A stretch of 63,510 bases of DNA, filler included, from Octopus bimaculoides (taxonomy: Eukaryota), in the NCBI RefSeq assembly GCF_001194135.2. It is 8 parts of 8 records of this genome, joined end to end, with 100 filler letters (N's around TTAATTAATTAA, not from the genome) between each part and the next. Parts side by side here need not be neighbours in the genome. Positions count along the whole stretch, not along the records: positions 22,734 to 27,588 come from NC_069005.1; positions 27,689 to 33,273 come from NC_068992.1; positions 33,374 to 43,299 come from NC_068982.1; 5 more parts are not named here. One strand, written 5' to 3'. Both the position numbers and the translations under genes were made by a program. How positions within the stretch are numbered: the stretch's first letter is position 1; each line of letters starts with the position of its first letter. The notes beneath the pieces are model-generated. The model was given only the letters and a program-made list of their open reading frames with translations. It had not been told where the DNA came from and made no database searches. Of this stretch, positions 23,373-35,974 are shown in pieces.

Positions 23373-23937
23373 CAGACAGGCAGAGAAAGACAAAGTGTGC
23401 GAAGAACAAGTGGGAAGTAGAGAAAGAAAGAAATAAAGAAAGAAAAGAAGGAAGGAGGGGAGAAAGAAAGAAAGGGAGGGTAGGAGAATCGGAGAGAGAG
23501 GGAGAGTGAGTGAGTGAAGGAGAACTGTCTTATAGCAATAAAAACGAGTGCACACTCGTGTTGATACATAGATACCACACGCATGCAAAACATCGGAAAC
23601 TTAACAGGGTGTGACGGGAAATATACGCGCATACACACGGATATGCATACGCGCACAGACACATACACCACATGCACACATATACGCGCATACATAAATA
23701 CATACATGCATACATTCATCCATCCATACATACATACATGCATAAATGCACATACATATCTCTTTCTCTTCATCTGTCTGTCCGTTCGTCCATCCATCCA
23801 TCCTTCCAACCATCTGTTTATCTATTTAGCAATTCATATAACTTGTATATATATNNNNNNNNNNNNNNNNNNNNNNNNNNNNNNNNNNNNNNNNNNNNNN
23901 NNNNNNNNNNNNNNNNNNNNNNNNNNNNNNNNNNNNA

Positions 23938-23974
<37 letters not shown>

Positions 23975-23979
23975 ATGTA

Positions 23980-24049
<70 letters not shown>

Positions 24050-24079
24050 CATATATATATACATATTCACACATATACA

Positions 24080-24114
<35 letters not shown>

Positions 24115-24115
24115 T
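22734..24115. repeat. Compound microsatellite field: (TACA)n, (GA)n, (TA)n, (TG)n
   Basis: Directly visible. Similar fields occur at 1-35, 8710-8780, 16803-16893, 24345-24480, 25795-26080, 28745-28840, 33230-34120, 44050-44195, 57800-59900 and 63270-63510. Confidence 0.95.
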
Positions 24116-24341
24116 TGTATGAAGTTAAAATCTATATGTAAGATTTTATCAAGTAGCCAGCGTGTGAAACCAATTAAGGAAAAAAAAATTAATACGAGGT
24201 ATATATGAGATTTTAAAATACATTATTCCATTAAGCCCTATTACTATAAGTAAAGCCACACGCTGGAAAGAGAAGCTAAAATCAAACTACTTCATCAAAT
24301 ATCTGATACGTGTGGCTTTATTTGTAGTAACAGCGCTTAAC

Positions 24342-24406
<65 letters not shown>

Positions 24407-24558
24407 AAGAAAAAGAAGAAGAAACGAAGAAGAAAAGAAGAAGAAGAACAACAACAACAACATCAATAATAATAATAATATAATCAAACATACAATAGTT
24501 TAAATGATACACTTTTGTATATCATTTAAACTATTGTATGTTTAATAATATCGTCATT

Positions 24559-24597
<39 letters not shown>

Positions 24598-25067
24598 GCA
24601 ATCCTACACATACGCACATACACACATATGTATGTGTATATATATGTATCCCTCTCTCTTCTATCTGTTCTCTTTTCAAAAAAATGTTTCCCACAGCGTT
24701 CACCATTTTCCTCTCGTTCTGGTCTAACGACACTCCATGTATGTTTTCGTTCGCTTTCCTGGTATGTCTCCACTGTCCTATTTTCCTTCCCAACTTTGAC
24801 CCTCCATATATCCTAAATTTTATTTTAGAATTTATGGGAGCGACTGTCTTTGGACGCTCATATTGTCGTTGAATGCTCGAAATGAGGAGTAAATGGACAG
24901 CCGACTACTGATGAAGGGTCCTTTCTCTGTGTTTACTTGTCCTGTTTTCCATTTTCTCTCTCGTTGTTTATCTCTTTGACTCGCTTTGTTTAAATATTTC
25001 ACGTTATTTGCACTGTTGGTGATGTCCTGTACCCATATATGCATACGTATATATATTATCTACTATT

Positions 25068-25109
<42 letters not shown>

Positions 25110-25314
25110 GCACACACGCAGACACTCGCGCACACACACATACTCATATATACTTCTCTCTATATATGTTCACTTATATATATATGTTTATACATACATG
25201 CATACGCACACACATATACACATGTATATAACACATATATNNNNNNNNNNNNNNNNNNNNNNNNNNNNNNNNNNNNNNNNNNNNNNNNNNNNNNNNNNNN
25301 NNNNNNNNNNNNNN

Positions 25315-25794
25315 GTCGCGATCCTAAGGTGAGTTCGATTCCAGGCGGTGCTTTATGTCCTTGAGCAAGACGCCTTATTTCACATTGCCCTAGTCCACTG
25401 GTTCCCAAAGTGAGCGGTATTGCCCCACCCACTGTTCCAAGGGGGCGTTGAAGAAAAGTGGGGTAATAATGGGGTAGCGATTTATACAAAAAGTGGAGCA
25501 ATAATGCGACGGTGGTTCATGCAAAAACAACAAAATAATGGGTTCATTAGGTCAAATTTCATTTGTGAAATACAGTTGCTTTGAATTTGCTTCAGAAAGA
25601 GGTCTGTGTTTGAGGTGGTTAGTTGGGGTGGGGGCGCTAGGTGTGTGGCTTGGGTGTCAAGCGGGTGGCAGCCCGAAAAAGTTTGGGAAACACTGCCTTA
25701 GTCTATTCAACTGGCAAAAATGAGTTGCACATGTAATTCAAAGGGCCAGACTTGTCACATTGAGTGTCACGCTAAATCTCCCTGAAAACTACAT

Positions 25795-25795
<1 letters not shown>
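25315..25795 (+). mobile_element. SINE family C variant interrupted by a hAT MITE
   Basis: Head gagttcgattcc..tgtccttgagcaagac resumes after the MITE with tattcaactggcaaaaatgagttgcac..cttgtcaca. Confidence 0.75.
25396..25695. mobile_element. hAT (Charlie-like) MITE, 300 bp
   Basis: Ends CACTGGTTCCCAAA / TTTGGGAAACACTG. 8-bp TSD CCCTAGTC / CCTTAGTC (7/8) with a central TA. Confidence 0.8.
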
Positions 25796-25841
<46 letters not shown>

Positions 25842-25846
25842 GTAGG

Positions 25847-25905
<59 letters not shown>

Positions 25906-25909
25906 AGAG

Positions 25910-25940
<31 letters not shown>

Positions 25941-25968
25941 GAGACAGATAGAAAGAGAGACACAGATG

Positions 25969-26013
<45 letters not shown>

Positions 26014-27225
26014 ACATAGATAGAGAGAGGGAGAGAGGGAGAGAGAGAAAGAGAAATACAGATAGAAAGAAAGATAGATACTACAGGTACCATGGGTAAC
26101 TCTGATGCGGCCGAACCGTGTGAACTGATCGGCATGTTCTTGCTTATCCAAATGGAAAGTTCTTTTCATAGTAACAGTAGTGTAGTGGGTGTCTTTATAA
26201 GTATAATGAGACCTTGATTTCATCCTCCGCGATCAGATGCACAGCTGAAAGCCTCAGGGAACGAATAATTACAAGATGCAATAAATTTGGTAACAGAGTG
26301 ACGGTCTGAAAGTAACGGAGAGCGGGAAACATCCTGGATGTCAAGTTTGAACTGCATATTCCCCACTACATATTCACAAACACAACACGTATCTATTAAT
26401 GAGAACCAACAAGAGTACATCTATATGCCTTGACCCAAGCATAGAACGGGACTCGCCTCTTTGAGGTGGAAAATGAGTGGGATGCCTGGTGTGTGTCTTG
26501 TTGTGGCTACCCTCACCTAAAAAATGGGGAATAGGCCTGGGTATATATATATATATATATAATGTATATATTAACATAGTAAAATGAATGTATATATATC
26601 GACTAACAATAAATATCAAATGAATTTATATAAAAATACTTATTTTACCAATAAATAATGGAAAGCCATTTAACAATATTACTGAAAATAAATGCAATAC
26701 TTATCTTATCGAAGCTTATTTATATATTCTGTTTTTGATTCTCATGATCAAACTTTAAACCTCCATAACTTTTTAAAAACATTTTTGTGGAAAAAATGAA
26801 ATAACTCCAGCAATTCAGTTTGGACAAGTGTATAATTGTGCTAGCGTCGGAGTAACCAATGAACATCGAAGGACCAACACCNNNNNNNNNNNNNNNNNNN
26901 NNNNNNNNNNNNNNNNNNNNNNNNNNNNNNNNNNNNNNNNNNNNNNNNNNNNNNNNNNNNNNNNNNNNNNNNNNNNNNNNNNNNNNNNNNNNNNNNNNNN
27001 NNNNNNNNNNNNNNNNNNNNNNNNNNNNNNNNNNNNNNNNNNNNNNNNNNNNNNNNNNNACACACATACACACACTACTCTGCTTGTACTAGATGCTCTG
27101 CCGATCCCTCACGTCACTCTACCGAGACAAACCTGTACAAGCAGAGCTTTTCATGTTTATTGGGAAGTGGAAACCTCTCAAATTGCAACCACAAGTCTCA
27201 CCTCCTGGCCTTCAAGGATCTGCAC

Positions 27226-27275
<50 letters not shown>

Positions 27276-27350
27276 TACGAACACATGCATATCCATCCAT
27301 CCATCCATCCAACCAGCTAACCAACCATACATACACACATACATCATATA

Positions 27351-27570
27351 CGAAGGGGGGTGCTGAAATATTCCTGGCTTTGAATAAAAAACAATACGGG
27401 AGGATCAGTGAATTATGGTTTTATCCAACATATTCCCCTCTCAGATTCACACACTTATTGCAGCAGTCCTTCAGTTTTTCTAAACCCTGTAAAAGAACTC
27501 GGACTCTTGGACTTCCACCCAAGCCTTTCGCGACAACATTAAACCCAAGAACTTTTCAACACTCCTTCGT
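27351..27570. mobile_element. Mariner-type MITE, about 220 bp
   Basis: Left cgaagggggtgctgaaatattcctggctt versus right-end reverse complement cgaaggagtgttgaaaagttcttgggtt. TA-rich flanks are compatible with a TA TSD. Confidence 0.7.
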
Positions 27571-28029
27571 GTATATATATATATATATNNNNNNNNNNNN
27601 NNNNNNNNNNNNNNNNNNNNNNNNNNNNNNNNTTAATTAATTAANNNNNNNNNNNNNNNNNNNNNNNNNNNNNNNNNNNNNNNNNNNNATATATATATAT
27701 ATATATATACTGAGGGTGATAAATTGAATATTAATTTCAATTTAAAACCAGTGGTCTAGCATATAAAAAATCTGATAATTCAGAAAAATTGTATTACTTG
27801 CGTATAAGAAGGGAAGACCACTAGGTGGACATCCAATATGCTAGAAAGAGGTCATCAACGACCCAACCACAGAGAAAAATCATGTTCTCCAGAAAAAAAA
27901 ATCTAGCAAAACACCAGAGCATAGGCGGGCAGGACAAAATGAAAAATATACAAAATAAAGAATTAATTGTGTACCGGTTTCGCCATCAACTCTTTTACTT
28001 ACGTAAAAACGTACGTGGTTCTTCAGCAC

Positions 28030-28680
28030 AATCATTTTAAAATCAATATAATTAGCAGAACTATACACGAATTGTCTTCATAAAATTTGACGTGCGTACA
28101 GTTCTACCGATTACATTGGGGTTATAACCGTCGTCTTCTTTAGATAATTAACAACCTCCAATATAACTCAGCTGGCTTGTACAATACCCCTTAATTATAA
28201 AATACTTTCACAGCTTACAACATCGAACAGCAAACACTGAATTTGTCCAGCTCCATTAAAATAAGATAATTCGCTTTCGTATTTTAAGCTTTTCCTGCTA
28301 GGAAAGAATGTCTCGATGGTTTTGCAATATCAGAGAGCAGTGTTAATAATCGTTTGAAAACCCTCTACTCTTTAGGCGAGAAACTGACAATTGTCTAGTC
28401 AGCCATTATAAATACTTCAGGTGATAGTTTAAGGCTGATTGCATTATCTTACTCGTGAATTTCTGTACTTTTACATTTTCCGTAATAAATTCTTTCAGTT
28501 CGTTTATTTCTGCTACGGGAATTCGATTTAGGCGGATAAAACCGGATTGTTCAGGAAATATTTGCAAGGGAATAAAAAAAACCCCAAACTTTCTTCCATT
28601 AAACTTTCGAATTTTGATGTTCAGAATAGAAATTTTTTATTCTATGTTTCGGAAAATTGAAGCTATATCAGGATGAATGA
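28030..28680 (-). pseudogene. Possible highly degraded retroelement (Penelope-like) ORF remnant
   Basis: Frameshifted pieces such as LKSRGFS and VVNYLKK/GYNPNVIGRTV resemble PLE RT C-terminal segments; the similarity is weak. Confidence 0.25.
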
Positions 28681-28745
28681 ATTAACAATTACACTGGGGG
28701 TATGCAATAAAAAAAACACTTTAACTTCAACAGAGTAGAATTATA

Positions 28746-28845
<100 letters not shown>

Positions 28846-28907
28846 TGCTAAGTTTGTTTGCCACTATTTGTCTGTCTATCTAGGTAGCCAGCTGTCTATC
28901 CTTCTAT

Positions 28908-31761
28908 CAGTGGCGTTGGCTGAGTTTTGAGGTCGACCATGAATTAAATACTTATCGGTTGAGTTTAACTCTTTTTTAAATTATATCATTAGTAGAGACC
29001 ATTTTCTTTCGAAACATGGCCATGTAGATCACTATCTAATATGACTAAAATATAAAAAAAAGACGTACAAAAGTTATTTACCTCATTTATAAATTTATTC
29101 AGTTGTTAAATGTTTTCGGGTACATATATTTTTCAAATTGTCAGAGAAATCTATTTTAATTAGTTGTTGGAGAAAATTTTCTTCAGCTGGCATAAGAGCT
29201 AACCTTTCTCTCCTGTCGTAGTTTTGCAGTGTAGGTTTTCTTCAATCTAGAAAAGGAGCGTTGTACAGAGACAGTTGAAGAAGGACTTGTCAAATTCATA
29301 TTGCTACGATTGAAGAGTAGTGGTAAAGTTTATTAATGGAAATATAATACAGTAAATTACATGGAATTTGCGTTTCAAAACTTGCCATTGAATAACACTT
29401 AGTCCACTCTGTAATCAAATTATTTAAACAAAACTACCATAAGTGGTTTTTAAGGAATTCAAAACATTCATATCTTGCTTTTCATTGCTCAACTATTATG
29501 CCTCTAATTATGTTAAATAGCAGTTTATTATGTTGTTGCAGGTCAATAGAATTTATCCTGAATCTTTTAATTTCAATTACTGCATCAACTTTATATCCCC
29601 CGCTACCCTTTCAACTTTTCATAAAATATTGAAAAATCGTTCAGTTTATTTTCAAGCACGGTTCTATTTTATTTGTTGTTTACAATACACTATATTAATA
29701 TTTTTATTTGAAAATGTTAAATAAAACATCAGTGAAGGAAAATATGACACTAAATACTTCTAATACAAATAAGAAATCGGAATCTTCTAAATAATTTAAG
29801 CATCTAATTCCAGAATTTATGGTTGTCTCATTCCATGCTTAATGATTTTCAATGATGTCATCATAAATGCAGAAATGGAAATCACAATTTTCTTTTGTAG
29901 TAATAATGAGAAGTAAGGAGTAACTCTATCTAGTTGTTGTTGCTTTGGGAAACCTTTTTAACAATACTGATTTCAAATTTTAGCACAAGGCCAGCAATTT
30001 CGTGGGAGAGGGTAAGTCGATTAGTTACATCGACCCCAGTATTTATTTTACCGACCATTAAAGGATAAAAGGTAAAATCGACCTTGGTAGAATTTGAAAT
30101 CGGAACGTGAAGGCGGACGAAATGCCGCTAAGCGTTTTGTTCCGCATGATAAGGATTCTGCCAACTCACCACCTTGTTAATTTTTAACAATATTGTCTAA
30201 CGTATTGGTTCTTTTGGTGATTTTGTAAAAGGAAACATACCCAGTACATTTATTGTAGAAAAAATAAAATGCAATCTTTTATATTAGATTATGCTTGTGA
30301 AAGAACTAAATTTAGTATCTGAGCACAACAATGGGATCAGGCATTCATAGTTTTCTCTTACCTTTGACTACAGCGTATTTAATTGTCTGTCACTGTAGCG
30401 ACACCATCGTACGTTTGTGAAGTTAATTTATTTTCACACTTGCATGTTTCAATGCATTTACAAACATGTAGAGATAAAGCATTTGCTGGACGATCTGCTC
30501 TAACATCATTAAAAACAATAAATCGTTCTTTAGTAACACAGTCGTTAGTAACATAACGCCAAAGAGTTGACGGTTGTGAATTGTTCGATACATCGTACTT
30601 TTTTCTTCAACAAGAATAACTACAAATTTAGCCTGCTTATGATCATTTACTACGTCATTCTACATAACCTTTTGAATCGCATCAAGTCATTTTGAATTCT
30701 GTTTGAGAGACTTGAGAGTACAGAAGTTGAATCTAAATGACTTGCCAATTTTTCTCCATACTTACTGATTAAATATTAGAGTGTTTATTTATTTATTTAT
30801 TTTATTTTTTTGTAATTCTTGCGATTACTGAATTTTTAGGATTCAAAATGACCCAAAATGATCATTCCTGGAGATCTAAAAACAATTAATGCACCAATCA
30901 ATCAGAGCAGAATAGTTCTGTTTCGCTTAATTTCTTCATTATGTTGTTCTGTACACTGTCTTTTATGGATATCTAAATGTAAGCCTGTGCGAACATTCTC
31001 AAATGTTTTAAGATTTCTCAAAGATTTTATGTCTTTCAGAACGTTCATGTTTTAACAAGGCCATATGTAGAGTATTTAAATAAATGTAACCTTTATCACT
31101 TCAACCAGTTGTTACTATACGAAATTACAAACACGGCCGGCAAAATAACTTATATTTAGCTTAGCACTTTCAGTTAACTTTTATTTGTTTCATATAAATT
31201 AAACTGAAATATATATAATATATTTCTTGTTGGAAGTTTTCAAATTACGTAATTCAGTACTGGTCTCACATCATTTATAATTAATTGTAACTCTTCAAAT
31301 CCTTTTTTGAAAAGCTAGTTTTCAAAAGTTCTTCTTCGACGTCTTTCAATCATTTCGGAGAATATGTCATAAGTTCAAATGATTTTTAGGAAACAAATAT
31401 GCGCGCATGCGTGATTGAATGTCAACTTTAATATAACGAAAGATAATCATAGTGTGTAAACGAGGTTTAATTAGTTAAAGGTAACAACGAGAGAAATTGT
31501 ATCAATGTATTACTTTCGCACATTAAATATCATACAGAAAATAAATAAGCGTTTACCATGTAGATCGACTTTTTCGATTCGCAAACTCTTTGCCTTATAG
31601 AAGCCTGACAAAACTTAAAATGACTGACAAGGGCTTTTGTGTGAGAGGCTAAATTACTTCTAATTTTAGATTCAGTGCTTTACCATGCGTTCCACTTTTT
31701 AAAAAAAAGTGGGGAAATGGGCATATACTGCATGATTTGCCCACCTAAGTGCACATCACTA
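28908..31761 (-). mobile_element. Probable full-length degenerate hAT DNA transposon (ZMYM1-like transposase), interrupted by a SINE B at about 29965-30175
   Basis: Ends CAGTGGCGTTGGC and (rc) TAGTGATGTGCAC. Candidate TSD CCTTCTAT/TCATCTAT (6/8, in a TCTA-rich context). Contains the transposase pseudogene below. Confidence 0.6.
29080..31370 (-). pseudogene. hAT transposase pseudogene (ZMYM1/DUF4371-like N part, hATC dimerisation domain at the C end)
   Basis: Minus-strand pieces: LFCRPCL, KHERSERH, HNEEIKRNRTIL, ISKYGEKLASHLDSTSVLSSLSNRIQNDL, RYVTNDCVTKERFIVFNDVRADR, KLTSQTYDG, LNLVLSQ, LNYLEDSDFLFVLEVFSVIFSFTDVLF, SPSSTVSVQRSFSRLKK. Many stops and frameshifts. Confidence 0.85.
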
Positions 31762-32193
31762 TCATCTATCTATCTGGCTATCTATCAATATATCTATATA
31801 TTTATCTAGCTAGCTAGCTTATGTATGTATATATGCATGCATGCATGGGAATGTGCATATATTAATTAATGGAATAATTTAGAATAGTTAAAACGTTGCA
31901 TACAAGTTACATTACATAAACAAGGTTAAGATTAAAATGCACAGCTTAGCTAAAGTAATTGTTGAATCTTATCTCCGTTAGACATTTTAAATAACAAATA
32001 ATTGCTTTATCAATTTCAGAGATATTGATATTTTCACATTTGATACTAACCGGTTTCCACTTTAAGAATAATTTAAGCTGCATGAATGGTTTGCAATTTA
32101 AGTATCTTTAGAAAGCTTACAATTTGAAACACTTGTCTTTTTTGCATGAAAATGTTCTTTATTACAAGGTACGTTATTTACAGCCACTATTAA

Positions 32194-32860
32194 TCAAACG
32201 TTAAAGTAAGGCATATATTTCTCAATAAATTGTTTCTCTTTCTTTACTTTTTATTGCTCTGTGATTGAATCTGAATATTCGTAAATTGTAAATGCTTTAA
32301 AATTAAGCAGGTTCGTTCTTGTACATGTTGCTGCATGTCTACTTAACAAATCTTTTCGAATTTTCCCATTATTAATTTATTATCTACGTACAAATTTTTA
32401 CATCATGAAAATTCAGGTTGTCCTATGTAATATTCCAAATACCCAGAAGGTACGATCATATACCTCAGAGTTTTAAGTAAAGTATGTTTTATTTCAAACT
32501 TGAACTCTGAGTCTTCAGTCTAATACAGTCATATAGCTCAATTTGATTTTCCGTATATTGTAACAGTGGAGTTCGAAAGTTATTCATAATCGTTTTGCGT
32601 TATTCAATGAATTGAACTGCGTTTTGTTTTTTGGTGACTTACTGATTTTCGAGAACATCTTTTAATATTTCTTGATCCTCAAGTGCTTATACTGAATAGG
32701 TTCCAGCTTGGCATGCTTGAGTTCAAGCAAATGTTTAGTTCACATTTTTCTGTTCAGGAAAGGACATTTCTGCCTAATTCCAAAATGACAAATGCCATAT
32801 CTATCACCGATGAGGCGAAAGAGCTTCTCGCTCCAGAAACGCAGTGTCTTGTAATTTAAT
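32194..32860 (-). pseudogene. Penelope-like element C-terminus with GIY-YIG endonuclease remnant
   Basis: LRYMIVPSGYLEYYIGQ (YIG motif at 32418-32429) followed by RHAATCT..NFKAFTIY..KEKQFIEKYMPYFNV*, typical of the PLE GIY-YIG end. Confidence 0.65.
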
Positions 32861-33230
32861 AACATCCTTTAGAATTCGGTGTGTTTATCCGCACCGAGGG
32901 AGAAATTTGTTGTCCTCTCGGACAACAAACTCTAATTCTGGAGGAGAGTTTTAAAAAGAAATGCACACATGGTTATTTTGATCGTCGCTGTTTCGTGCAC
33001 AAACACCAAATGAATTCCAGTTTGACAAGCCTCAGAAAAGACGAGCAAATATTTTAATAGCTGGTTTCTAAGCAAATACAGAAGCCCTCACCCTATCCCC
33101 AACAAATGACTGAGGTAGAGTTTATCACTGAGGAAGCAATGTGACAGCGCCAAATCTTTGTGTCTGGTACACACAAAATGTTATATATAAGTGTATGTGT
33201 ATATGAGTATTCATGCATTTGTATGTTCAA

Positions 33231-33273
<43 letters not shown>

Positions 33274-33373
33274 NNNNNNNNNNNNNNNNNNNNNNNNNNN
33301 NNNNNNNNNNNNNNNNNTTAATTAATTAANNNNNNNNNNNNNNNNNNNNNNNNNNNNNNNNNNNNNNNNNNNN

Positions 33374-33414
<41 letters not shown>

Positions 33415-33984
33415 TAGACGCTCTCTACATAAACATAGATAGGAAGATGACTGTGAAGAGAGCGCTCCCTAGGTAATGAGAGAGATTGAAAAATAGAACA
33501 GGAAAAATGAAACGAAAAATAAAAGAACCTTCCTCAAAAAATGGATTTAAAAGAAGAGTAAAAAAGAACAGATATCAGTGGTAGTAAGAGGAGTGGGAGG
33601 AGGGCGGATTATAAAGAAGCAGAGATTAATGTCTGGAGTTGTAGGTTTAAAGAAATCAGTCTTTGAATTTGTTTTGTTTTAATAGAGTTTCAATGAAAAA
33701 AACTCATGTCTTGAATAAACACTCAAACAGGAATAGAGTTTTAAACAATTTCACTGAGGAAACGGCTTTTTCTTGATAGAATCACTAATGCAGTAGTGTG
33801 TGTGCGTGTGTAACTGTGTGTGCATGTCTATGTATATAAATATATGTATATGTGTTTATATATGTATATATGTGTTTATATATGTTTATATATGTATATG
33901 TGCTTATATATGTGTGTTTATGTGTTTACATATGTATATGTGTGTTTATATATATATATGTGTGTATGTATGTGTGCATATGTG

Positions 33985-34019
<35 letters not shown>

Positions 34020-34462
34020 ATGTATATACGTGTATATGTATGCCTGTATGTATACAGGACTATATAAATGTGTGCGTTTGTGTGAATGTACGCACATTTG
34101 TATACGCATACATTTTTATGTCAGTTCATTGATACAAATATACAAATACGCATGCGCACTGAGTCACTCACATATTTGGTAAAACAAACAAGAGAAACAG
34201 AATACAGTGCCTAAATACAGATACTTTTGGGTTTGTTTGTCTTTTTTTTACTTTTAACTTTCTGCCGATCAAATAAAATGTATACGCATGCGCTCATACA
34301 GTGTTTTTTTTTCTTTTTCGTTATATTCCAACGCACGTAACCACCATAGCATAGCAACCTTCTAAGACAAAGTAGCAGTGAAATACTGGGCTACATGTAA
34401 TTGCTCTCTCTGTTCCCTCTAAAATATGCCGTTTTATATGTGTTAAATATTAATATTTAACC

Positions 34463-34555
34463 AAAGGCGGCGAGCTGGCAGAAGCGTTAGCATACTGCGC
34501 AAAGTACTTAGTGGCATTTTGTCTATCTTTACGTTGTGAGTTCAAACTCCACCGA
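34463..34555 (+). mobile_element. SINE family B 5' part
   Basis: aaggcggcgagctggcagaagcgttagc...tgagttcaaactccacc. Confidence 0.8.
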
Positions 34556-34706
34556 TGCAGATTCTCTCTATGCAACGATCACACATTACACACCTTTCTT
34601 CCAAGCATTGCTGTAAACAGCGGAAATGAGCGAGAACGTTAATAGTGTACCAAGCAGTTTTAGCTTCATTACTATTACAACAGTCCAGATATTTATTGAT
34701 CAGGCC

Positions 34707-34708
<2 letters not shown>
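34556..34708 (-). mobile_element. Mariner-like element terminal fragment
   Basis: Reverse complement begins ta-tggcctgatcaataaatatctggact, resembling mariner TIRs of the gatcaaaaagtatccggact type. Confidence 0.5.
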
Positions 34709-34736
<28 letters not shown>

Positions 34737-34737
<1 letters not shown>

Positions 34738-35037
34738 ATTTAATGAATGGAGTAATACGCATATGTTAAATGAATTCATTTATTTCCGACATATGTTTCG
34801 AAGATTACAAATGTTTTTTTCAAGTAAGATAGGTAGCAATCTTCTCTACCCACAGTTATCACATTCGGTTAAAATGTCTTACGGTTAAGTTGGATCCTAT
34901 GTATTTCCCTGACGAGAAGATTACATCTTTATCAACATCACTTATTCCTTTGGAAGGAACCATTTGTAATCTTCGAAAAATATGTCGGAAATAAAAGAAT
35001 TAATTTAACATATGCGTATTACTCCATTCATTAAATT
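34737..35037. repeat. 300-bp unit with 77-bp inverted arms (34737-34813 / 34961-35037)
   Basis: Direct comparison shows the arms are near-perfect reverse complements. Confidence 0.92.
34902..34993 (+). ncRNA. Type I hammerhead ribozyme motif
   Basis: Stem I TATTTCC(34902-08)/GGAAATA(34987-93); core CTGACGA(34909-15); stem II GAAGATTACA/TGTAATCTTC (10 bp); GAAA(34975-78); stem III with ATAT tetraloop and GTC cleavage triplet (34984-86). There is one A.G mismatch where the inverted arm retains the canonical GAAAC-ATAT-GTC. Confidence 0.8.
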
Positions 35038-35517
35038 TTATACTTACTCAAATACCCAAAATAACAGGGAGTTTCTACCTCACAAACAGGAGTTACACCA
35101 CAGTCATTTTGTGATCTTTCTTACCCTGGTATCTATTAACCAATTTATTTTGTCGGAGTTAATTATTNNNNNNNNNNNNNNNNNNNNNNNNNNNNNNNNN
35201 NNNNNNNNNNNNNNNNNNNNNNNNNNNNNNNNNNNNNNNNNNNNNNNNNNNNNNNNNNNNNNNNNNNNNNNNNNNNNNNNNNNNNNNNNNNNNNNNNNNN
35301 NNNNNNNNNNNNNNNNNNNNNNNNNNNNNNNNNNNNNNNNNNNNNNNNNNNNNNNNNNNNNNNNNNNNNNNNNNNNNNNNNNNNNNNNNNNNNNNNNNNN
35401 NNNNNNNNNNNNNNNNNNNNNNNNNNNNNNNNNNNNNNNNNNNNNNNNNNNNNNNNNNNNNNNNNNNNNNNNNNNNNNNNNNNNNNNNNNNNNNNNNNNN
35501 NNNGTGCAATGTATGTG

Positions 35518-35566
<49 letters not shown>

Positions 35567-35974
35567 ATATATATATATGTATAAGCAAAAACATTCAAGT
35601 GTTTACACTCGAAATAAGATGTAACTATTGCTACTATCATCTGCGGTGAATAATGTTAATTGATAATATTAACCGCAGTAACAAAGGCGGTTCAACAGGT
35701 CTAATAGCATTATATAGCTACAAAATTTAAAAGTTAGTACAAGGAATGAGGATGCGAAATAAGCATCGACCTGTTTAGAAATAGGAGCTAAATTCTTAAT
35801 TCAATCGCTGGAAGGCACCAGATAACAGAAAAATAACAGCCTATGTTACTACTGTTTATATTATTAATTAAAAATATTCACAGCAGATGATATTACATTT
35901 TACTTCGAGTGTAAATACTCGAATGTCTTTGCTTATGTCTGTCTGTCTGTCTGTCGATCGATCGATCGATTGAT

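Noticed and set aside
22678-24208. Many overlapping ORFs rich in Y/I/H/T/C/V/S/L
   Set aside because: These are translations of (TA)n, (CA)n, (GA)n and (TACA)n repeats. The same applies at 25772-26223, 33800-34182 and 57788-59989.
26085-26223. Non-repetitive start of ORF 25789..26223 ([11 protein letters not shown]...)
   Set aside because: It does not match the missing SF3B4 5' exons or any domain I recognise, and it continues into (TATC)n.
32813-32822. TCTTTCGCCT match to U5 snRNA loop 1 on the minus strand, and a U2-like GTCCTCT..GGACAA nearby
   Set aside because: There is no U5 stem complement, no CCTTTTAC loop and no Sm site. The surrounding sequence does not follow U2 either.
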